Shown here piece after piece: positions 57,061 to 64,000 of a stretch of 64,000 bases of DNA. A model generated the notes under the pieces. That model was not told the DNA's origin and searched no databases. It worked only from the letters and a program-made list of their open reading frames with translations. The position numbers and the translations under genes were made by a program. This DNA comes from Myxococcota bacterium (lineage in GTDB: Bacteria > Myxococcota_A > UBA796 > SXON01), in contig JAZKFH010000023.1 of NCBI GenBank assembly GCA_040386535.1, positions 79,873-143,872 of the forward strand, read 5' to 3'. Numbering within the stretch: the first letter of the stretch is position 1; each line of letters begins with the position of its first letter.

Positions 57061-58269
57061 CTACAGGGTGAGCGGATCCGCGATGCGCGCGTTCGTGCGG
57101 CGCAGGCGCTGGCCGAGCGCGCCCATCATCTTCCACAACAGCGCGTTGCCGAGCTCGGGCTCGCGGCGACAGAAGTCGCGCAGCTGCTCGGCGGAGACGC
57201 TGATGGCGGCGCCGAAGCTGACACCGGCCACCGAGGCCGACCGCGGCTCGTCGTCCGCGAGGGCGAGCTCCCCGAAGTGTTCGCCCGCGGTGAGTCGCGC
57301 GACCTCCACCCCGTTGACCTTCACCGACACCTCGCCCTCGAGGATCACGAACATGCTCGTGCCGGGCGAACCCTGCTCGACCAGCACTTCGCCGGGCGCG
57401 AAATAGTGCTCCTCGACGATGCGGCCGACCTGGAGGCGGGCGGCGTAGGGAAGGTCCTCGAAGAGGAAGAGCGCCTCGAGCATCCCGGCGCGCGCGGCCA
57501 TGTCGTCGCCCCGATCGGTGCCGTCGGGATCGAGCAGCACGACGGTGATGTTGTCGGGCCCGCCCCGATCGAGCGCGGCCTGGAGGAGCGCTTCGACGGC
57601 GCCGTCGAGATCGTCGGAGCCACCTTCCTGGAGCATCAGCTCGGGCGCCACCACGTCGGAGAGCCCGTCGGAGCAGAGCAGGAGTCGATCCCCGGGGTGC
57701 AGGTCGACCGCCGCGAGGGAGGGTTGCACCGTGGGGTACAGGCCGACGGCGCGCGTGATGACGTGGCGGTGTCGGGAGGACCGCGCCTCCTCGTACGACA
57801 TCTTGCCGGTGCGCACGAGCTCGTTGACCATCGAGTGGTCCTCGGTGAGCTGGCGCAGCTCGCCGTCGCGGACGAGGTACGCGCGCGAGTCGCCCACGTG
57901 CGCGAGGAACGCAGTGCCATTCCCGACGACGAGGGCGACCACCGTGGTGGTCATGCCGGCGCGTCCCTCGCTCTCGGCGGTCTCGTAGATTCGGCGGCTC
58001 GCCGTCTGGAGCACCTCGTCCATCGTCGCGAGCACGGCGTTGCGCGTGTCGAGCGTGGGGGTGTCGGCAAAGGCGGTGAGGCGCATCCCGAGCAGCTCCG
58101 CGCCGTCTCGGAAGCTCTCCACGCAGAGGGCCGACGCGACCTCTCCGCACGCGCGCCCGCCGACCCCGTCGGCGACGACGTAGATCCCGGACTCCGGTAG
58201 AGTGAGGAGGGCGTCCTCGTTGTGATTCCGCTTCTTTCCGGGGTCGGTGCGGGCAGCCAACTTGCGCAT
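57061..58269 (-). CDS. PP2C-type Ser/Thr phosphatase with C-terminal cyclic-nucleotide-binding domain
   Basis: NEDA, VADGVGG, AHVGDSRAY, LCSDGL, GGPDNIT; FGELAL..EPRSASV. Confidence 0.92.
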   Translation of the reverse strand: MRKLAARTDPGKKRNHNEDALLTLPESGIYVVADGVGGRACGEVASALCVESFRDGAELLGMRLTAFADTPTLDTRNAVLATMDEVLQTASRRIYETAESEGRAGMTTTVVALVVGNGTAFLAHVGDSRAYLVRDGELRQLTEDHSMVNELVRTGKMSYEEARSSRHRHVITRAVGLYPTVQPSLAAVDLHPGDRLLLCSDGLSDVVAPELMLQEGGSDDLDGAVEALLQAALDRGGPDNITVVLLDPDGTDRGDDMAARAGMLEALFLFEDLPYAARLQVGRIVEEHYFAPGEVLVEQGSPGTSMFVILEGEVSVKVNGVEVARLTAGEHFGELALADDEPRSASVAGVSFGAAISVSAEQLRDFCRREPELGNALLWKMMGALGQRLRRTNARIADPLTL

Positions 58270-58323
58270 GGCGATGTTCTACCACGGACTCCCGTCGCCA
58301 TCCGCGTTCCATGGGCGGCAGTT

Positions 58324-58343
58324 CGTTCAGTCTTGACTGAACG
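58324..58343. promoter_or_regulatory. Palindromic operator upstream of the ABC operon
   Basis: CGTTCAGTC-TT-GACTGAACG perfect inverted repeat. Confidence 0.7.
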
Positions 58344-58367
58344 GATCGATGGACATAGCCGGGGGGC

Positions 58368-58484
58368 ATGGTCGAGACCGTGTCCGCCATCGTCCGCGAG
58401 GTGCGCTTCATCGAGGAGTGGGGCCTCGATTTCGAGAGGGTGGGAGTGCCGGCGATCGGGCGGCGCGTCGGGGGGGACTCGTGA
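58368..58484 (+). pseudogene. Truncated GbsR/MarR-family regulator remnant (38 aa)
   Basis: MVETVSAIVREVRFIEEWGLDFERVGVPAIGRRVGGDS* resembles the GbsR-type N-terminal helix (F[IV]E..G..FE..G.P...GR) and stops before any HTH. Confidence 0.55.
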
Positions 58485-59686
58485 CACCAGCGGTCGAGAT
58501 CGAAGGCTACGCGGAGGTCCGCGCCAGCGGGCTCATCGGCGTCGAGGGCACACCATGGACCCTGGTGGAGCGGGCTCGCCCGCGGTTTGCCATCCCCATC
58601 GGCGATCGGGTCACCGTCGAGGCCGTCGTCGAGGCCGCCTTCTCCCAGGGCCGCGACAACACGGACGAGGCCGCCGCCCTCATCCTCGCCTCCGACCTCG
58701 GCCCCCTCCTCGAGGCAGGCGGCTGCTCCTACGATCCCGAGCCCCGCTACGACGAGGTCAGCGACTACCTCTCCGTCGAGCGCCTCCACATCGATCTGAA
58801 CCTCGCCGCGGTAGATCTGACCATCGGCCGCCAGGCGCTCAACTGGGGCTCCGGGCTGGTGTTCCACCCCACCGATCTGTACGCGGAGGTCGTCGCGACC
58901 GAGCCCTGGCGCGAGCGTCGGGGCGTCAACGCGGTCAAGGCCGCCATCCCCATCGGGGACCACCAGGTGATGGCCGTCGTCGCGGTCGACGATGACCTCT
59001 CGCCGCTCTATGCCGAGAAGATCGCCGCCCCCGCCGTGTCCGGAGCGGTCAAGGCGACATTCCGGGCCGCCGGCACGGACCTCTCCGCGGTGGGCCACCT
59101 CGGGAGTGATGGCGAGTGGTTTGCCGGAGCCGACCTGCGCGGCAACCTCGGCGTGGGCTGGTGGGTCGAGGGCGGATGGCACGGAAAGGCAGGCGCCGCC
59201 GAGGTCGTCGCCGGCGTGGACTACTCCTTCGACGTCCTGAGCGTGCTCTACCTCGCGGCCGAGTACCGGTATGACGGCACGGGTGCGCTGCCGGAGGACT
59301 ACGACTTCGCGGCGCGCTCGACCGGCACGGCCAACCCGTTCGACTGCGCGTTCCTCCCCACTGCCGAAACCGGCGAGCCCCGCGCGACGCTCGGCCAGCA
59401 CTACGTCGACGGCATCGTGCGCCTCGGGTTCACCGAGGACATCGGCGTGTCGGCCGTCGCGATCGTGAACCTGCTCGACGGTACCGGCTACGCGGTGCCC
59501 GACGCCTACGCCAACGTCGGCGCCCACGCGACCGTGCACATCGGCGCCCAGATCCCCTTCGGCAAGGACGGCGAGTTCCGCCCGGCTGACGAAGACATGA
59601 GCTACACCGCCGGCACCTACACGGCCGACCTGTCCGGGCTCGTTCCGGACGCGACCGTGCTCGGGTGGGTCCGGTACAGCTTCTAA
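58481..59686 (+). CDS. Outer-membrane beta-barrel associated with LolCDE-like ABC system; signal peptide apparently missing
   Basis: DLTIGRQALNWGSG, RRGVNAVK, GVDYSF, C-terminal VRYSF. No hydrophobic leader from 58349 or 58481. Confidence 0.72.
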   Translation: MTPAVEIEGYAEVRASGLIGVEGTPWTLVERARPRFAIPIGDRVTVEAVVEAAFSQGRDNTDEAAALILASDLGPLLEAGGCSYDPEPRYDEVSDYLSVERLHIDLNLAAVDLTIGRQALNWGSGLVFHPTDLYAEVVATEPWRERRGVNAVKAAIPIGDHQVMAVVAVDDDLSPLYAEKIAAPAVSGAVKATFRAAGTDLSAVGHLGSDGEWFAGADLRGNLGVGWWVEGGWHGKAGAAEVVAGVDYSFDVLSVLYLAAEYRYDGTGALPEDYDFAARSTGTANPFDCAFLPTAETGEPRATLGQHYVDGIVRLGFTEDIGVSAVAIVNLLDGTGYAVPDAYANVGAHATVHIGAQIPFGKDGEFRPADEDMSYTAGTYTADLSGLVPDATVLGWVRYSF

Positions 59687-59737
59687 GTCCTCTCCCTTCG
59701 AGGCATCTGCCGAGGCCACGGCCTCCCGAGGATTGTC

Positions 59738-60445
59738 ATGGCGCTCTGCGAGCTGCGAAACGTCAAGAAGATCTACCCCATGGGAGATCTCGAGGTCCAG
59801 GCGCTCCGTGGGGTCGACCTCACCGTCGAGAAAGGGGAGTTCACCGTCATCGCCGGCCCGTCGGGCTCCGGCAAGTCGACCGTACTCAACCTGATCGGCT
59901 GCCTCGATCGCCCGTCCTCCGGCGAGGTGCTGCTCGAGGACAAGCTGGTCGCGAAGATGGGTGACACGGAGCTCGGCTCGCTTCGGGCTGCGCGGATCGG
60001 GTTCATCTTCCAGAGCTTCAACCTCATCCCCGTCCTGACCGCGTTCGAGAATGTGGAGCTCGCGCTGCGGCTCGCGGGGCACCACACGGACAACAAGGGG
60101 CGCGTCGAGAAGGCGCTTCGGGACGTGGGCCTCGGCGACTACATGTACCGCCGCCCCGCGCAGCTCTCGGGCGGGCAGCAGCAACGCGTCGCCATCGCCC
60201 GCGCGCTCGTCAAGTCGCCGGCGCTGGTCATCGCGGACGAGCCCACGGCCAACCTCGACTCCCAGAACGGCCGGGCGATCCTCGAGCTCATGCGTGACAT
60301 GAACGCGCGGGACGGCGTCACGTTCCTGTTCTCGACCCACGACGCGATGGTGATGGAACAGGCGCGGCGCGTGGTCCGGCTCGTGGACGGCCTGGTGGTG
60401 GACGACAGCCGGCGGACGCCACTCCAGGCGGGGAGCGCGTCGTGA
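59738..60445 (+). CDS. ABC transporter ATPase (LolD/MacB-like)
   Basis: GPSGSGKS, GFIFQSFNL, LSGGQQQRV, ADEPTANLD, STHD. Confidence 0.95.
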   Translation: MALCELRNVKKIYPMGDLEVQALRGVDLTVEKGEFTVIAGPSGSGKSTVLNLIGCLDRPSSGEVLLEDKLVAKMGDTELGSLRAARIGFIFQSFNLIPVLTAFENVELALRLAGHHTDNKGRVEKALRDVGLGDYMYRRPAQLSGGQQQRVAIARALVKSPALVIADEPTANLDSQNGRAILELMRDMNARDGVTFLFSTHDAMVMEQARRVVRLVDGLVVDDSRRTPLQAGSAS

Positions 60446-61647
60446 TCTTCCTCGCGCAGCTCGCGATGCGGAACCTCTTCCGGAACGTGGGCCGCACGTT
60501 GATCACCTCCGTAACGGTGGTGTTCGGCGTGGCGCTGCCGATCCTCGGCTGGGGCATGGTCGACGGGCTCGACGAGAACGTGCTGCGAGCCTCGCGCACC
60601 ACCACGACCGGCGAGATCCTCCTACGTCCGGATGCGTACCCGACCGACGGGATCGAGTTTCCCCTAAGCAAGGCCGAGGTCGTCTCCCCGGCGTTGGCGG
60701 CGAAGCTCGAGAAGGCGGGCGTTTGGACCGCGCGGACCGTGTTTCCCGCCCGCCTCGTGAAGGGCGTCGAGGCCGTGCGTGCCAGCGGCAACGCCTATGA
60801 CGCGGCGACGGACGGGAAGGTGTTTCCGCGCGACGGCTGGGCGATCGAGGGGGCCTGGCCCGCGAACGGAGCCACCGAGCTCGTCTTGGGGAGCGGCCTC
60901 GCCCGCCTCATCGACGCGAAGCTCGGCGACGACGTGATCATCGAGTCGCGCACCTTCCCGGGTGCCATGAACGCCCTGACCTTCCGGGTCGCCGGCATCG
61001 TGAACACCGACAACGCAGGGCTCGACGCGATGGGATTCTGGGTGGAGATGGGGGTCGCGGAGAGCCTCCTTCAGCTCGACGGCCGCCGTACACACGTCGC
61101 GGTCGACGCGAGCGGGGACCCCGAAACCGCGGCGACTGCGCTCGGCGGGCTCGGATGGAGCACCCGCACCGTCCACCAGGAGTGCGCGGATCTCATCGCC
61201 GCGAACATGATCCGCCGCTACGCGCTGCTGTTCCTGGTGGGGATCATCCTGCTGATCGCCGGAGTCGGCATCGCGAACACCGTGATCATGGCGGCCTACG
61301 AGCGTGTACGGGAGATCGGCACCCTCATGGCGCTCGGGATGAAGAAGCGCGACGTAGCCGGGCTGTTCCTCCTGGAGGGCGCCGGGCTGGGCCTCGTCGC
61401 GGGGTTCACCGGCGCCGCGATCGGCGTCGCTGGCGTGCTCTACTGGCAGCGGAACGGCATCTACTTCGGTGACGCGATCAAGAACGCGGGGCAGGTCGCG
61501 ATGGGCGCCACGCTGTTCATGCAGTTCCGATGGGCGCCCATCGTGGTGTCCTGGTGCTTCGGGCTCGGCATCGCGATCGTGGCCTCGCTGTGGCCCGCCC
61601 GCTACGCGGCCAACCTCAACCCCGCCGACGCGGTCAAGGCAGACTGA
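60442..61647 (+). CDS. ABC permease (LolC/E, FtsX-like)
   Basis: RNLFRN..RT, ERVREIGTLMALG, 4-TM architecture. Confidence 0.92.
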   Translation: MIFLAQLAMRNLFRNVGRTLITSVTVVFGVALPILGWGMVDGLDENVLRASRTTTTGEILLRPDAYPTDGIEFPLSKAEVVSPALAAKLEKAGVWTARTVFPARLVKGVEAVRASGNAYDAATDGKVFPRDGWAIEGAWPANGATELVLGSGLARLIDAKLGDDVIIESRTFPGAMNALTFRVAGIVNTDNAGLDAMGFWVEMGVAESLLQLDGRRTHVAVDASGDPETAATALGGLGWSTRTVHQECADLIAANMIRRYALLFLVGIILLIAGVGIANTVIMAAYERVREIGTLMALGMKKRDVAGLFLLEGAGLGLVAGFTGAAIGVAGVLYWQRNGIYFGDAIKNAGQVAMGATLFMQFRWAPIVVSWCFGLGIAIVASLWPARYAANLNPADAVKAD

Positions 61648-62874
61648 ATGTTGCTCTCCTTGGCGCTCCGCAACGCGCTCCGAAATCGCCGCCGCTCGCT
61701 CCTCACCGCCACCATGGTCATGTTGGGGGTCGCCAGCTTGACGGTCGCCATGTCCTGGCTCGAGGGCCTCTTCGGCGGCACCGTGGAGATGGCGGCCAAC
61801 CTCGCCGGGCACGTGCGTGTGGTGGACGCGGACTATGCGAAGCGCGAGCAGCTCAACCCGCTCCACGAGAACATCGCGTCCAGCGCACCCCTGGAGGCCG
61901 TGATCCTCACGGTGCCGGGCGTCGTGGCGGTCTACCCCCGCATCTCGATGGGGGTCACCGCGACCGTCGGGGACGAGATTGGTGAAGAGTTCGGCCTCGT
62001 TCAGGGCGCGCCGCTCGCGTTCTTCGAGGGGCCCCTCGCGCTCCCGGGCCACCTCCTGGAGGGGCGCCTCCTCGCCACCGACGACGAGGTCGTGATCGGC
62101 AAGAAGCTGGTCGACAAGATGGGTGCAAAGCTCGGCGACGACGTGGTGATCCTCGGGCAGACCCAGGACGGGTCCATGTCCCCGGCCAAGCTGAAGCTCG
62201 TCGGCATCGTCGACCTCGGCAACGCCATGCAGAACCGGCAGATTTTCGTCACCCTCGAGAAGGTACGGTACCTGGCGGACATCCCGGACGGGGCGGTCGA
62301 GCTGGCCGTCTATGGTGACGACCGGGACGAGGGGGCCGCCGTCGCCACGCGGATCGCCGCGCTCCCCGAGCTCGCCGGGATGGACGTGAAGTCCTGGGAT
62401 CAGCGCCCGCCGTTCGACAGCATCATGGGCCTGCTGTCCACCGTGAAGGGAGTGGCTGGGTTCGCGATGGTGTTCATCACCGGGCTGGGAGTGCTCAACA
62501 CCATGCTGATGAGCGTCCTCGAGCGCACCGGAGAGATCGGCGTCATGCGGGCCATGGGGCTGCGTCGCACCCAGGTCGTCTGGTTGTTCGTGCTCGAGGC
62601 GCTCGGTATCTCCGCGGTCGGCGGGTTCCTGGGGGCGGTGCTCGGGGGCCTGGGTGGGTACTGGCTGCAGGTGCACGGGGTGAACCTCGGCTCCGTCGTA
62701 GACAAGCTGCCCGCGAATGTGCCGATGAACTCCACCGTCTACGGCCAGGTGACGCCAGAGATCCTCCTCTCGGCGGTCCTCCTCGGCCTCGCCATGGCCG
62801 TGGTCGGTGGCCTGGTCCCCGCTATCCGCGCCTCCCGGATCGAACCCATCGAGGCGATGCGCCATCGCCGTTAG
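61648..62874 (+). CDS. ABC permease (LolC/E, FtsX-like)
   Basis: RNALRNRRRS, ERTGEIGVMRAMG, PAIRASRIEPIEA. Confidence 0.92.
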   Translation: MLLSLALRNALRNRRRSLLTATMVMLGVASLTVAMSWLEGLFGGTVEMAANLAGHVRVVDADYAKREQLNPLHENIASSAPLEAVILTVPGVVAVYPRISMGVTATVGDEIGEEFGLVQGAPLAFFEGPLALPGHLLEGRLLATDDEVVIGKKLVDKMGAKLGDDVVILGQTQDGSMSPAKLKLVGIVDLGNAMQNRQIFVTLEKVRYLADIPDGAVELAVYGDDRDEGAAVATRIAALPELAGMDVKSWDQRPPFDSIMGLLSTVKGVAGFAMVFITGLGVLNTMLMSVLERTGEIGVMRAMGLRRTQVVWLFVLEALGISAVGGFLGAVLGGLGGYWLQVHGVNLGSVVDKLPANVPMNSTVYGQVTPEILLSAVLLGLAMAVVGGLVPAIRASRIEPIEAMRHRR

Positions 62875-62883
62875 GAGTCCCTC

Positions 62884-63618
62884 ATGCTCCGCTGGATCCT
62901 TCTCCTCGTCTTCTCCCTGCTCCCCATGGTCGCGCACGCGCAATCTCTCGACGAGATCCTGTCGAAGGTCGACGCGAACATGACCTTCGACACGCGGGAG
63001 ACGACCATGAAGATGACCGTCACCAAGGGCGACCGGGTGAAGGTGTACCGCATGCACAGCTTCGGCCGGGGCGCGGACGAAGCGGCGGTCGAGTACCTGG
63101 AGCCGGCGCGTGACAAGGGCACCAAGATGCTCAAGAACGCCGCCGACCTCTGGATGTGGCTGCCCGCGGTGGAGAAGACCCAGAAGATCTCCGGGCACAT
63201 GCTCCGCCAGAGCATGATGGGCTCGGACATGTCCTACGAGGACATGATGCAGGCCTCCGGATGGCGGAAGCAGTACGCCGGCACGGTGGTGGGCGAGGAG
63301 ACGCTCGACGGCCGCAAGGTCTGGAAGCTGGAGCTCAAGGCCACGACTCCCGACGTCAGCTACCCCCGGCGCCTCGTCTGGGTCGACCAGGCCACCAGCA
63401 TCCCGTTGAAGCAGGAGCTCTACGCTCTCTCGGGCATGCTTCTCAAGGTCTGGACGATGAGCGACGTGAAGGACTTCGGCGGGAGGCAGTTTCCCACGAA
63501 GATGGTGATCGAGGACAAGGTCCAGCAGAATAGCCGTACCGAACTGGTGTTCGAAGACATGAAGTTCGCGATCCCGCTGGAGGGGGAGGTCTTCTCCCTG
63601 CGCTGGCTCGAGCGGTAG
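62884..63618 (+). CDS. LolA-like outer-membrane lipoprotein-sorting protein
   Basis: Signal peptide, PARDKGTKML, LWMWLP, SMMGSDMSYED. Confidence 0.88.
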   Translation: MLRWILLLVFSLLPMVAHAQSLDEILSKVDANMTFDTRETTMKMTVTKGDRVKVYRMHSFGRGADEAAVEYLEPARDKGTKMLKNAADLWMWLPAVEKTQKISGHMLRQSMMGSDMSYEDMMQASGWRKQYAGTVVGEETLDGRKVWKLELKATTPDVSYPRRLVWVDQATSIPLKQELYALSGMLLKVWTMSDVKDFGGRQFPTKMVIEDKVQQNSRTELVFEDMKFAIPLEGEVFSLRWLER

Positions 63619-63655
63619 GGGAGGGGATCCGCACGGATTCGATGTCCTGGGCCCC

Positions 63656-64000
63656 TTGCCGTCCGCGGCGGGCAGTGGTTATACAAGGGCCACGGCGACG
63701 ATGACCCTGGTCGGACTCGCCCCGCCTCAAACCGCTCGCAAGAATGGTTGACAGGTGAGCGCCCGCCAGCTAACTGGCCGGCGCGGAAGGAACGAGGATG
63801 AAACCTCGGAGCCATCCACCCCGCGAAAACCTCCGAAAGAGGGTTGACGACGGGGCGCGGCGCAGATAGAAAGCGCCGCACAGCGAAACGGGTTGAAACA
63901 CTCGCTTCGGTCTCGGTTTGAAGCCATGCAAATGGCGCCAACCGATCTTTGAAAAATTGGTAGTAGTTTCTGTAACGTTCAATAGAGTTTCGGCTCGAAC
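63656..64000 (+). promoter_or_regulatory. Probable rRNA operon promoter/leader (rRNA itself beyond window)
   Basis: Tandem TTGCCG-N18-TATACA (63656), TTGACA-N17-TAACTG (63748) and TTGACG-N17-TAGAAA (63844); boxA-like GATCTTTGAAAA (63944-63955); falling GC; no credible ORF. Confidence 0.68.

Noticed and set aside
57050..60340. 1096-aa minus-strand ORF
   Set aside because: It is antisense or off-frame to well-supported PP2C, barrel and ABC genes and has no motifs.

Overview
High-GC (roughly 70% by eye), gene-dense chromosomal window, most likely from a Myxococcota-like deltaproteobacterium. The indicators are MYXO-CTERM-type C-terminal anchors, many Asp-Thr-repeat lipoproteins, sigma54 regulators, a DnaK-PilZ-like fusion and futalosine-pathway mqnD. 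I found no prophage, transposase, CRISPR array or tRNA. Contents in order: the 3' end of a YgiQ radical SAM gene; phaR divergent from a translationally coupled operon (phasin-like ORF, phaE, phaC, acyl-CoA ligase, lipoprotein, outer-membrane barrel, lipoprotein hydrolase, surface-anchored PhaZ7/lipase-like hydrolase); an orphan amino-methyltransferase; Tim44-like and TPM genes; a Ser/Thr kinase; an HK-NtrC-RR-pal locus with a clear sigma54 promoter; corA; coaC-cysM-mec-cysO-moeZ; purC; rtcR/rtcBA; purF; Hsp70-PilZ; a flavin halogenase; udgX; glpD; mqnD; PP2C-cNMP; a LolCDE-like ABC operon with a truncated GbsR-type regulator; and a probable rRNA operon leader at the right edge. The best candidate for an undescribed system is the PHA operon, which reads as a module that depolymerises external or prey PHA, imports it, activates it and repolymerises it. 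Two apparent pseudo-enzymes (a Lys-less aminotransferase and a motif-less TrpD) are also notable. All family assignments come from motif recognition, not database searches, and several start codons are my best choice among alternatives.
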